The notes beneath the pieces are model-generated. The model saw only the letters and a program-made list of their open reading frames with translations, ran no database searches and was not told where the DNA came from. The position numbers and the translations under genes were made by a program. From the NCBI GenBank assembly GCA_014800845.1, contig JAAVFJ010000049.1:2181-66180 (forward strand): 64,000 bases of DNA, given 5' to 3'. This document shows positions 9,394-18,490 of the stretch, piece after piece; position 1 is the first letter of the stretch; each line of letters opens with the position of its first letter. This DNA is from Bacteroidales bacterium (lineage in GTDB: Bacteria > Bacteroidota > Bacteroidia > Bacteroidales > Muribaculaceae).

Positions 9394-9744
9394 TTATGCC
9401 TTCTGAGCCTGCTTGGCTGCTTCGGGTATAGCTGCGTTAAACTTCTTGATAGCTTCGTTTATTGCATCAGCAAATTCTTTATTTACTTTGCGATAAAGAG
9501 CCTTGAAGAATTTTTCTTTCTCCTCGGTGTAGGCATGTTCGTTATCAAATGCACGACGAGTCTTGTCAAACTTCACGTTGCTCTTCATGATAGCCTCAGC
9601 ACCTGCTTTCAGTATGCTGATGACAGCATCGTCTATCGCAGCCTTATCGGCGCCTTCGATAGTGTAAGACGCATAGGTCATGTCAGATACAATGTTGTCA
9701 CATACTGTATTAATGTACTTTTTGAATTCTCTTTTATTAGCCAT
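9394..9744 (-). CDS. Hypothetical alpha-helical protein
   Basis: 116-aa ORF with codon style like the neighbouring genes; co-oriented operon context. Confidence 0.75.
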   Translation of the reverse strand: MANKREFKKYINTVCDNIVSDMTYASYTIEGADKAAIDDAVISILKAGAEAIMKSNVKFDKTRRAFDNEHAYTEEKEKFFKALYRKVNKEFADAINEAIKKFNAAIPEAAKQAQKA

Positions 9745-9890
9745 AATGTTTAATGTATAATGATGGGTTACTAAAATTCTCTGCTAATATAACACTTTTC
9801 TCCGACATAGGGTTAAGAAAATGCGGAAAAAATATTATTGATTATATCGGGCACAGGTCGGAAGTTCCGCTTCCCGGTGAAAGAAATAAG

Positions 9891-9930
9891 AAATCCCGCC
9901 TCTATCCTGAGAGATATTGGCGGGATTTTT
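9891..9930. terminator. Intrinsic terminator-like hairpin downstream of the TPR gene
   Basis: AAATCCCGCC / GGCGGGATTT stem with A/T-rich flanks. Confidence 0.6.
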
Positions 9931-9961
9931 ATGTTCTTACTCGCTAAGAGTAAATAGATTC

Positions 9962-11689
9962 TTACTTCTTAATCTTAGCTAAGATATCCTTAATCTGCTG
10001 ATCGTCGGGATTGAGAGCCAGGTACTTGTTCAGCAGCTGAGTAGCAGTGGTGAAATCCTTGTTGTTGTATGCTGCAATGCCGGCGAAGCGGTACATAGCC
10101 TTAGCGTCGTTGGCGTTGTTGTTTACAACATTATTGTCTTCCATGAGCTTGAGAGCCTGAAGGTACTCTGAGGCAGCTACTGCATCCTGCTTTGAAATCT
10201 GAGCTATGTCGCCGAGACGTTTGTGCACGAGGTATTTGAACTGACCTGCAAGCTTGGGCTCTGCCTTGAGAGCAGCTTCTTTACTAAGTTCGAAGTACTT
10301 ACCCTGCACGCCGGGTTCCTGAGCTTCCTGACCGGCAACCACAGCATACTGAGAGAGTGTCCAGTATTCAGTCCCGGTGGGGTCGTTCTGTTTGGCTATA
10401 TAAGAGCTGAGCATGTCGGCAGCTTCTGCATAGCGGTCGATAGCAGCAAGGGCAGAGGCTGTTTCTTTCAGCATCTCCAGATTGTCGGGATAGTGGCTGA
10501 GACCGAGCTGAAGCACGTTGATTGCTTCATCGTTCATACCGGCTTCATTGTAGTCACGGGCAATCATGGGATAAACACCGTAGGGGAGTTTGCCACCGGT
10601 TTCTTTTTGAGCTTTGAGCAGATCGGCGGCAATCTTGATTACGTTGGGGTCCTTAAGCTCGTGAGCGAACACGTAGCTCCAGCTGCGAGCGCCAAACTGT
10701 GAGGGGTCAGAAGCTACCATTGCGTTAGCCTGAGCAAGACCGGTCTGGAAATCCTTGCTGAAGTAAAGCAGCTCGAGGTAGCGGTTCTCGTCACTCTTGA
10801 AGTGGTTGGGGTTCTTCATGAGCTTTGCGTATTCGGCAGTAGCCTGAGCCACCTGGCCATCCTTGTAGAGCTTCTCGGCGAGCTCACGCTGGCCAAGAGC
10901 AGAACCGGGAGCCTGCTGCAGAAGCTCTTTCAGCTTAGCGATGGAGAAGGGAGCGTTGATGTCAAAATATGTGTCGGCATACTTTACGTAAGCTGCACCG
11001 TCAGTGGGATTAACACGGATAGCCTCTTCATATTCATTGCAGGCGTCGCCTACGAGTTTGCTGTCAGCACCCGCAGTAGCGAAAATCATGTCGCCGCGCA
11101 GAATGTAGTAATCCTGGTCATTGGGCTGGAAGTCAGCTTTGCCGGGAGCGGCAGTGATGCGCTTATACATCAGCTTCTCAGCAGAACCGAGAGCCTTGTC
11201 AATCTGCTTCTGATAGAAGCCGGGGTTGCCGTTGATTACACCGGCATTGTAGTATGCGCGAGCAATAGCTGCATATACACCGGCATCCTTCTGAGCAAGC
11301 TTTTCAGCCTTCTTCATGTTCTCTTCAGCCTCCTTGATATTGTTCTTGTAGAGAGCTACCTGGCCGAGACCTGCATAGTTGAATGCGTAATCAGGATTTG
11401 CCTGCATACCACGGTTGAAGAAATCAGCAGCTTCGGCAAGTTCCTTCTGTGCATCGGCAGTCTTGCCACGGCGCATGTCGTAGGAATAATAATCGAGCTG
11501 GATGAGACCGAGATAATAGTAAGACTCGGATTTGTCAGTACCGGCGTTGTTGAGGTTTTTCGAGAGAAGCTCATGAGCAAGCTCAATGCGGCCTGCCTTG
11601 TAGTACTCTACACCGTCTTTGTAGCCTTCAGCCATGGCTGACAGGGAGCAAGCGGCGAGCATAAGAGCAGCTATAGATTTAAACTTCAT
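9962..11689 (-). CDS. Secreted tetratricopeptide-repeat protein
   Basis: Signal peptide (MKFKSIAALMLAACSLSAMA) and multiple TPR-like helical repeats. Confidence 0.85.
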   Translation of the reverse strand: MKFKSIAALMLAACSLSAMAEGYKDGVEYYKAGRIELAHELLSKNLNNAGTDKSESYYYLGLIQLDYYSYDMRRGKTADAQKELAEAADFFNRGMQANPDYAFNYAGLGQVALYKNNIKEAEENMKKAEKLAQKDAGVYAAIARAYYNAGVINGNPGFYQKQIDKALGSAEKLMYKRITAAPGKADFQPNDQDYYILRGDMIFATAGADSKLVGDACNEYEEAIRVNPTDGAAYVKYADTYFDINAPFSIAKLKELLQQAPGSALGQRELAEKLYKDGQVAQATAEYAKLMKNPNHFKSDENRYLELLYFSKDFQTGLAQANAMVASDPSQFGARSWSYVFAHELKDPNVIKIAADLLKAQKETGGKLPYGVYPMIARDYNEAGMNDEAINVLQLGLSHYPDNLEMLKETASALAAIDRYAEAADMLSSYIAKQNDPTGTEYWTLSQYAVVAGQEAQEPGVQGKYFELSKEAALKAEPKLAGQFKYLVHKRLGDIAQISKQDAVAASEYLQALKLMEDNNVVNNNANDAKAMYRFAGIAAYNNKDFTTATQLLNKYLALNPDDQQIKDILAKIKK

Positions 11690-11743
11690 TTGTAAAAAAT
11701 ATTATAGGTTGTGTAATTTCTATTATCTTAGATAACGCGGAAC

Positions 11744-11784
11744 AGGCATGGTTTATTTTCAAAGATTAAAAATAAACCATGCCT
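11744..11784. terminator. 16-bp hairpin between the PstS-like and TPR genes (terminator or mRNA stability element)
   Basis: AGGCATGGTTTATTTT / AAAATAAACCATGCCT perfect inverted repeat. Confidence 0.6.
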
Positions 11785-11826
11785 TTACCTATTTTTTTAT
11801 TGTCAGTGCATTAAACATGCCCGATT

Positions 11827-12819
11827 TTAGTCGAGATTTACCACACGAGCATGATAGTGATAGGGGAGTACGCCTGTCTGCACCAGAATCTTCTGACCGA
11901 TGAAACCGGTCACGAAACTGAAGAAGGACTTGCCTACTGAGCGGTCAGCAGCGGTAGACACCATATATATAGTGCGCACCAAAGGATATTCACCGGAGTA
12001 GATGTAAGCCTGATAAGGAGCGTAGCCCACGGGGGAGTCATCCTTGCGAACTTTGAGCACGCGCACGCGGTCTGTGAAGTCAACGGCGGTCACCTCGTCT
12101 TCATTCTGCAGATTCTTAATTCTTGTAGAATCCACTGCCTGGTTGCTGATTCGCTCCAGATGCTCGCCGAGCCAGCTTACGCTCACAAGGCCTATGGCGT
12201 GCTTGTCCTGTTCCACTACTTTGATTACGTCGGCATTGCTTTTCTGTGCAAATGTGTTTTTGGGGAAAGGCGTGTCGGCTCCCAGGAATTTGTCACGAAT
12301 GAAATTGACATTTGCAGAACCTTCATGATCAAAGACGAGCTTAATTGCCGTGGTGTCCTGCCATGCAAGCTGTGTCCAACGGTTGATTTTTCCGCTGAAA
12401 ATTTCTTTGATTTCCTGCACGGATAAGGTGTTTACGGGGTTCTCCTTATTTATAATAAGGGCCACCGCGTCTACAGCTATCTCCTCCTGGCGAGCTATTT
12501 TCTTGCGTTTACCTTTGAGGTAATCAAGCTGAGTCTGATTGAGAGGGCGGCTGATCACGATAAGCTGGCAGGAATCCTCCAGCAAACCGTTGATGGCATC
12601 GTTCTCGCTCATATATTTTGAAAGAATATATGCTTTGGGATATTGATATTCAAACACATCAATTTCCTGCTCCATATAGCTTTTGCAGCCTTCGTCCGCA
12701 TACATGACAGCGCTCCCCTCGTCATAGCGTTTGGTCGATGACTTTGAACCGCAAGCGGAAGTCACGGCGCCAAGCATAACGGTGAGAGCTGAAAGGATGA
12801 ATAGGGATTTTAACTTCAT
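11827..12819 (-). CDS. PstS-family (PBP_like_2) substrate-binding lipoprotein
   Basis: Lipobox VTSAC; AVDAVALIINKENPV and YPLVRTIYM motifs. Confidence 0.85.
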   Translation of the reverse strand: MKLKSLFILSALTVMLGAVTSACGSKSSTKRYDEGSAVMYADEGCKSYMEQEIDVFEYQYPKAYILSKYMSENDAINGLLEDSCQLIVISRPLNQTQLDYLKGKRKKIARQEEIAVDAVALIINKENPVNTLSVQEIKEIFSGKINRWTQLAWQDTTAIKLVFDHEGSANVNFIRDKFLGADTPFPKNTFAQKSNADVIKVVEQDKHAIGLVSVSWLGEHLERISNQAVDSTRIKNLQNEDEVTAVDFTDRVRVLKVRKDDSPVGYAPYQAYIYSGEYPLVRTIYMVSTAADRSVGKSFFSFVTGFIGQKILVQTGVLPYHYHARVVNLD

Positions 12820-12865
12820 GGGAATTTATAACTGGTTAATCAATGGTCGGTTGGCATCTAAGGAT

Positions 12866-13084
12866 TTATTGACGTGAACGCCACAAACGATAGGCGCGCC
12901 AAATACCATAAATTATAAGCAGAATACCGAGAGCCAAAGAGATGCCCGGGTTATTGAAGCTAAGGATGTCGTGGTCCACGTTCAAGATGCAGAGTATACC
13001 TACGCCGATGTAGACGATCACCATGAAAATACCGAATATCAATCCGGCGGTGCTGCCGGCGGGTTTAGAATTGTTGGAAGCCAT
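12866..13084 (-). CDS. Small two-TM membrane protein
   Basis: 72 aa, two hydrophobic helices, ends GIWRAYRLWR; first gene of the PstS-TPR operon. Confidence 0.75.
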   Translation of the reverse strand: MASNNSKPAGSTAGLIFGIFMVIVYIGVGILCILNVDHDILSFNNPGISLALGILLIIYGIWRAYRLWRSRQ

Positions 13085-13172
13085 AATTGCGATGTTTTAA
13101 TTGGTTTTATTTTATTAACAACTATTAGCCCTAAACGTTCATTTCCGTCACCAATTATTTTACAGCTCTGTG

Positions 13173-13290
13173 TGAATCATTCATAATTTCAGCGGGGAAA
13201 TGCTCGTGCAGCATATAGGGGATAAATATTTTAAGCGAAATTCTTTGAATTATTTATGAAAAATACTAATTTTGCATTGTGAATTATTAA
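13173..13290. promoter_or_regulatory. Three candidate operator sites, consensus TGAAT-N-ATTCA
   Basis: Perfect palindrome TGAATCATTCA at 13173-13183; TGAATTATTTA at 13246-13256; TGAATTATTAA at 13280-13290. Confidence 0.45.
13244..13274 (+). promoter_or_regulatory. Housekeeping promoter for the XRE/S24 repressor
   Basis: TTTG (13244-47), 19-nt spacer, TAATTTTG (13267-74). It overlaps the track's TTG start, so the real start is taken as ATG 13302. Confidence 0.75.
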
Positions 13291-13301
13291 ATCAGAATAT
13301 T

Positions 13302-13964
13302 ATGTCCAACACAATACCTACTCCGCAGGAGCGACTCGCCGCTCTGCGTCAGCACACTGGAATGTCTCTCAAGAAAATGAGCGAAGAGGCCGGCATTAAA
13401 ACCGCCCAGACTCTTTATGAAATCAAGAATGGCAAGCACTCCTTTTCGAGCGAAGTGGCCAAAAAGCTTCATGAGCGTTGGCCGGAGCTAAGCCGCGGTT
13501 GGCTGATGAGCGGCGAAGGCGAAATGCTGCTTAACGCTGTATCTTCCCCGCAAGTAAAGCAGGGGGACTACGTGCCTTTGATGCCTGTGTCGGCGTTTGC
13601 CGGTCCCATCAAGTCCTTTTTGTCGGAAAGCGTGGAGTTGCGCGATTGCGAGTCAATCCTCTCCCCCTCGCCCGGTGCCGAACTCGCTATTCCTGTCTGT
13701 GGCGACAGCATGGAGCCAATGCTGCATGACGGTACCATCATATTCATAAAGAAAATCAATGACCGTGCCTTCATCCCCTGGGGGCAGACTATGGTTATTG
13801 ACACTGAAAATGGCGCGTTTGTAAAGGATATTTTCCCCGGCGACTCAGAAAATATCATTGCACGCAGCAAGAATCCACGCTATCCCGACATGCACATTCC
13901 TCACTCAAGCATCTACGGAATTTACAGAGTGGTCAACGCTATCCGTTCTTTTGGTGTAATGTAA
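13302..13964 (+). CDS. XRE-family HTH / S24 peptidase autocleaving repressor (LexA/CI-like)
   Basis: N-terminal HTH (RLAALRQHTGMSLKKMSEEAG), Ala-Gly cleavage site (SAFAGP), catalytic Ser (GDSMEP) and Lys (AFVKD). Confidence 0.88.
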   Translation: MSNTIPTPQERLAALRQHTGMSLKKMSEEAGIKTAQTLYEIKNGKHSFSSEVAKKLHERWPELSRGWLMSGEGEMLLNAVSSPQVKQGDYVPLMPVSAFAGPIKSFLSESVELRDCESILSPSPGAELAIPVCGDSMEPMLHDGTIIFIKKINDRAFIPWGQTMVIDTENGAFVKDIFPGDSENIIARSKNPRYPDMHIPHSSIYGIYRVVNAIRSFGVM

Positions 13965-13980
13965 ACAGCTCGTACTTATT

Positions 13981-14799
13981 ATGAAAAGAGCCATTATTTC
14001 CCTCACATTAGGTACACTTTTAACGATTCCCACAATGGCACAACAGAAAGTAATTCAGACAGCCGGGCGCGATGCACTTGGCGAATTTGCCCCTGAATTT
14101 GCAAGACTTAATGATGACATTCTTTTCGGCGAGGTCTGGAGTCGCAATGACCTGCTTTCTTTGCGCGACCGCAGCCTGGTGACTATAACCTGCCTTATCT
14201 CGCAGGGAATCACCGACTCATCGCTGAGATACCACCTGCAGGAGGCAAAGAAAAACGGAATCAACCGCACGGAAGCAGCCGAAATTATCACTCACATAGC
14301 ATTTTATGCCGGTTGGCCTAAGGCTTGGGCGGCGTTCAACCTTGCAAAGGAGGTTTGGAATGAGGACATAAAGGGCGACGATGCTCGCTCGGAATTTGAA
14401 CGCGAGATGTTTTTCCCGATAGGTGAACCGAACACAGCATACGCAAAATATTTTATCGGCAACAGCTATCTCGCTCCTGTTTCGCAGTCGCAGATACCAT
14501 TCTTCAATGTTACCTTTGAGCCCGGCTGCAGAAACAATTGGCACATTCATAAAGCCGATAAGGGCGGCGGCCAGATGCTCGTAGGTGTAGCGGGCCGCGG
14601 ATGGTATCAGGAGGAGGGGAAAGAGCCCGTAGAGATACTTCCCGGCACAGTAATTCATATCCCCGCCGGAGTGAAGCATTGGCATGGAGCCGCCAAAGAT
14701 TCCTGGTTCGCTCACTTGGCTTTTGAAGTGCCGGGGGAGAACACCGAGAATGTCTGGCTTGAACCGGTCACAGCCGAGCAATATGATTTACTGCCGTGA
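13981..14799 (+). CDS. Carboxymuconolactone decarboxylase (AhpD-like) + cupin fusion protein
   Basis: LSLRDRSLVT...HIAFYAGWPKAWAAF CMD motif; C-terminal cupin NNWHIH...KHWHGA. Confidence 0.88.
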   Translation: MKRAIISLTLGTLLTIPTMAQQKVIQTAGRDALGEFAPEFARLNDDILFGEVWSRNDLLSLRDRSLVTITCLISQGITDSSLRYHLQEAKKNGINRTEAAEIITHIAFYAGWPKAWAAFNLAKEVWNEDIKGDDARSEFEREMFFPIGEPNTAYAKYFIGNSYLAPVSQSQIPFFNVTFEPGCRNNWHIHKADKGGGQMLVGVAGRGWYQEEGKEPVEILPGTVIHIPAGVKHWHGAAKDSWFAHLAFEVPGENTENVWLEPVTAEQYDLLP

Positions 14800-14835
14800 A
14801 AATGCTAATATTCATGCTGTAAGCATATATTATAT

Positions 14836-14866
14836 TTTGCAGTGACGGAAATTCTTATTAACTTTG
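14836..14866 (+). promoter_or_regulatory. Housekeeping promoter for the aspS operon
   Basis: TTTG (14836-39), 19-nt spacer, TAACTTTG (14859-66). Confidence 0.75.
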
Positions 14867-14953
14867 CACGTTTAATGGCTCATGCTGTGCGTTTTTCATT
14901 GAAAAGCGAATATGGGCTGAGTTATTCGTAATAATTAGTTAAACTTATAGATA

Positions 14954-16708
14954 ATGTATAGAACAGCTACATGCGGAGAACTTCGTCTGAGCGATCGCAA
15001 TAAAGAAGTAACCATCGCCGGATGGGTGCAGCGCAGTCGCAAAATGGGCGGCATGACATTTATTGATGTCCGTGACCGTTACGGTATCACTCAAGTGGTA
15101 TTCAGCAATGAACTTAACCCTGAATTGGTTGAAGCCGCTTCAAAGCTCGGCCGCGAATATGTAGTGCAAATCACCGGTAAGGTTGAGGAGCGTGCGTCAA
15201 AGAACCCCAATCTCCCCACTGGCGACATAGAAATTCTTGCCACCGATCTGAAGGTGCTCAATAAGAGCGAAGTTCCCCCCTTCACCATTGAGGAGAACAC
15301 GGATGGCGGCGATGATCTGCGCATGAAGTATCGTTATCTTGATTTGCGTCGTCCCTCGCCCCGCGCCAACCTTGAGTTGCGCCACCGCATGGCGTTTGAG
15401 ATTCGTCGCTATCTCGATGCCAATCATTTCCTGGAAATTGAGACTCCTATTCTCGTGAAATCCACACCCGAAGGAGCACGCGACTTTGTGGTGCCCTCAC
15501 GCATGAATCCCGGTGAGTTCTATGCTCTCCCCCAGAGCCCCCAGATTTTCAAACAGCTTCTTATGGTCAGCGGTTTCGACCGTTATTTCCAGCTGGCCAA
15601 GTGCTTCCGCGACGAAGACCTCCGCGCTGACCGTCAGCCTGAATTCACTCAGGTGGACTGCGAGATGAGCTTCGTGGAGCAGGAAGATGTAATCAATATG
15701 TTTGAAGGTCTCGTTAAGCATATCTTCAAGTATGTAAAGGGCATTGACTTCACAGAAGCTTTCCCCCGCATTACTTGGGACGATGCAATGAAATATTATG
15801 GTTCTGACAAGCCTGACATCCGTTTTGGAATGAAGTTCGTGGAGCTCACTGATTTGGTGAAAGGCAAAGGCTTTGCCGTGATGGATGACGCTGAGTACAC
15901 CGCAGGTATTTGCGTTCCCGGCTGTGCAGGCTACACTCGCAAGCAGACCGATGAGCTGACAGATTTTGTGAAGCGTCCGCAAATCGGTGCCAAAGGTCTT
16001 GTTTGGGTTAAGATTGCCGAAGATGGTTCAATCAAGAGCTCTGTAGGCAAATTCTTCACCGATGAGCAGCTTAAGGAATGGGCCTCTGCAATGAACGCCA
16101 ACCCCGGCGACCTGCTTCTCATTCTCAGCGGTGCGACTGCCAAGACTCGCAAGGCTCTCGGCGAGCTCCGCCTTGAGATGGGTAACCGTCTCGGCCTCCG
16201 CCCGAAGAATGTGTTTGCGCCATTGTGGGTTATTGATTTCCCCCTCTTCGAGTGGGATGAGGAGACTCAGCGCTACTATGCTATGCACCACCCCTTCACC
16301 GCGCCCAATCCCGAAGACATACCTCTGCTTCATTCGGACACTGGAAAAGTGCGTGCCACTGCTTACGATATTGTGGTTAACGGCACTGAGCTGGGTGGTG
16401 GTTCAATCCGTATCCATGACAGCAGACTTCAGGATACCATGTTTGAACTGCTCGGCTTCACTCCCGAAAAGGCTCATGAGCAGTTCGGCTTCCTGATGAA
16501 TGCCTTCAAGTATGGTGCACCTCCTCACGGTGGTCTGGCTCTCGGCTTCGACCGTTTTGTGTCTATGCTTGCTGAGCTTGATTCAATTCGCGACACTATC
16601 GCCTTCCCGAAAAACAACTCCGGTCGCGATGTCATGAATGAGTCACCCTCACCCATTGATGAGGCTCAGCTTGAGGAACTTCAGCTTAAGTTAGACCTCA
16701 AAGATTGA
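14954..16708 (+). CDS. aspS: Aspartate--tRNA ligase
   Basis: [53 protein letters not shown] motifs. Confidence 0.98.
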   Translation: MYRTATCGELRLSDRNKEVTIAGWVQRSRKMGGMTFIDVRDRYGITQVVFSNELNPELVEAASKLGREYVVQITGKVEERASKNPNLPTGDIEILATDLKVLNKSEVPPFTIEENTDGGDDLRMKYRYLDLRRPSPRANLELRHRMAFEIRRYLDANHFLEIETPILVKSTPEGARDFVVPSRMNPGEFYALPQSPQIFKQLLMVSGFDRYFQLAKCFRDEDLRADRQPEFTQVDCEMSFVEQEDVINMFEGLVKHIFKYVKGIDFTEAFPRITWDDAMKYYGSDKPDIRFGMKFVELTDLVKGKGFAVMDDAEYTAGICVPGCAGYTRKQTDELTDFVKRPQIGAKGLVWVKIAEDGSIKSSVGKFFTDEQLKEWASAMNANPGDLLLILSGATAKTRKALGELRLEMGNRLGLRPKNVFAPLWVIDFPLFEWDEETQRYYAMHHPFTAPNPEDIPLLHSDTGKVRATAYDIVVNGTELGGGSIRIHDSRLQDTMFELLGFTPEKAHEQFGFLMNAFKYGAPPHGGLALGFDRFVSMLAELDSIRDTIAFPKNNSGRDVMNESPSPIDEAQLEELQLKLDLKD

Positions 16709-16746
16709 GAGCAAAAGAGGATAGAACAAATATCAGATAACAAAGA

Positions 16747-17532
16747 ATGCCATCCGTAAAGGACATAATATCAAGTCTTGAGTCCTACGCTCCGTTAGCG
16801 TTGCAGGAGAGCTACGACAATGCCGGTCTTCAGATAGGAGACCCGGCGGTCGATGCTACTGCGGCTTTGCTCTGTCTGGACGTGACGGAGCGGACTATAG
16901 ATGAGGCGATTAAGCGTGGTTGCAATTTGGTTATCTCTCACCATCCGCTGCTGTTCGGTTCGGTTAAGAACATCACGACGGAAGATGAGCGTGGCCGTAC
17001 AATCATAAAAGCTCTTAAAAACAATATCTCCATCTACTCTGCTCACACTAATCTTGACCGCGCCCGTCAGGGTGTAAGCATGGAGATAGCAGCCTCACTG
17101 GGACTTGAGAATGTAAAGGTGCTTGAGCCGGACAATGCCGACCATTCGGTAGGTCTCGGAGCCATTGGTGACATCAACCCTATGCCAGCTCTTGAATTCC
17201 TTCGTAAAGTGAAGGATATATTCGGAGTGAAGTGTCTGAAGTATTCCGCTTCTTTCCACGCACTGATTGTCAAAAGGATAGCAGTGTGCGGAGGAGCCGG
17301 CGCTTCATTGATACGCAAGGCTGTGAATGAGGGTGCTGACGCCATCGTTACCGGCGACGTCAAGTATCATGATTTCACCACTTGGGGCAAGCGTATTCTC
17401 ATAGCAGATATAGGTCATTTTGAGAGTGAACTTTGCACCAAAAAGATTTTCAAACATATTATCGCGGAACGTTTCCCTGAATTCAGCACATATAATTCAG
17501 AGGAGGAGACTAATCCGATTAACGTATTGTAA
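16747..17532 (+). CDS. Nif3-like dinuclear metal-centre hexameric protein
   Basis: QESYDNAGLQ, HHPLLF, HTNLD, GHFESE motifs. Confidence 0.93.
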   Translation: MPSVKDIISSLESYAPLALQESYDNAGLQIGDPAVDATAALLCLDVTERTIDEAIKRGCNLVISHHPLLFGSVKNITTEDERGRTIIKALKNNISIYSAHTNLDRARQGVSMEIAASLGLENVKVLEPDNADHSVGLGAIGDINPMPALEFLRKVKDIFGVKCLKYSASFHALIVKRIAVCGGAGASLIRKAVNEGADAIVTGDVKYHDFTTWGKRILIADIGHFESELCTKKIFKHIIAERFPEFSTYNSEEETNPINVL

Positions 17533-17550
17533 AATATTTATAAACTGTAT

Positions 17551-18372
17551 ATGGCAACTGAAAGCAAGAAATCAGAAAAGGACCGCAGCGTAGAAGATCG
17601 TCTCAGAACCCTCTTTGAGCTTCAGTCAATTCTTTCAGAAATCGACCGCATCAAGATTCTTCGCGGTGAACTTCCTAACGAGGTGAAGGACCTGGAAGAT
17701 AATATCGCTCGTTTCAACACCCGTATCGAGAAGTACCAAGAAGAAATTGCTGCTCTTAAAAAAGATATTGCCACCAAGAATGGTGAAATCTCAGAACGTC
17801 AGGCTAAGATAGCTCGCTACAAGGAGCAGCAGGACAATGTGCGCAATAACCGCGAATTTGATTTCCTCAACAAGGAGATAGAATTTGAGGGTCTTGAGAT
17901 TCAGCTCGCTGAGAAGAAAATACGTGAAGCTACAGCAGCTCGCGAGGCAAAAGAGGCTGAGATTGTAAAGACTAAGGAGGAACTTGCCGACGGTGAGCAC
18001 ATCCTCGACGAAAAGCGCGCAGAGCTTGCAGCAATTGTGAGCGAAACTAAGGCAGAAGAAGAGAATCTCCGTGCGCGTGCGCTTGAGCTCGAGCCGATTA
18101 TCGACCCCTACACTCTTGCTGCATTCAAGCGTATCCGCAAAAATGCCCGCAACGGTCTCGGCATTGTGACTGTGCAGCGTAATGCTTGCGGTGGTTGCTT
18201 CAACCGTATCCCCTCGCAGCGTCAGCTTGAAATCAAGATGCACAAGAAGATTATCGTGTGCGAATACTGTGGCCGCATCATGATTGATGCCAAGCTTGCA
18301 GGCATCGAAGAGGAGGTAGTGGAAGCACCAGTAACAAAGCGTCGTTCCTCTCGTGCTAAAGCTGAGAAATAA
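17551..18372 (+). CDS. Coiled-coil protein with C4-type zinc ribbon (DUF164-like)
   Basis: Long coiled coil then CGGC...CEYC; commonly paired with Nif3. Confidence 0.9.
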   Translation: MATESKKSEKDRSVEDRLRTLFELQSILSEIDRIKILRGELPNEVKDLEDNIARFNTRIEKYQEEIAALKKDIATKNGEISERQAKIARYKEQQDNVRNNREFDFLNKEIEFEGLEIQLAEKKIREATAAREAKEAEIVKTKEELADGEHILDEKRAELAAIVSETKAEEENLRARALELEPIIDPYTLAAFKRIRKNARNGLGIVTVQRNACGGCFNRIPSQRQLEIKMHKKIIVCEYCGRIMIDAKLAGIEEEVVEAPVTKRRSSRAKAEK

Positions 18373-18427
18373 ATCAGCCGTTAACAGCCTTAAATATTAA
18401 CCGGATTTTAAAGGCTTTAAAATACAG

Positions 18428-18466
18428 ATACAGACGCATCCATACCCTGGTGCGTCTGTATTTTTT
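18428..18466 (+). terminator. Intrinsic terminator of the aspS operon
   Basis: ATACAGACGCA / TGCGTCTGTAT stem followed by a T-tract. Confidence 0.8.
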
Positions 18467-18490
18467 CTAACTAACGTAATAAAATCTATA

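Noticed and set aside
9846-9880. Hairpin containing CAGGTCGGAAG, superficially like the SRP (4.5S) RNA core
   Set aside because: Lacks the GGAAGGAAGCAG/GTAGCAG domain-IV pattern and is too short.
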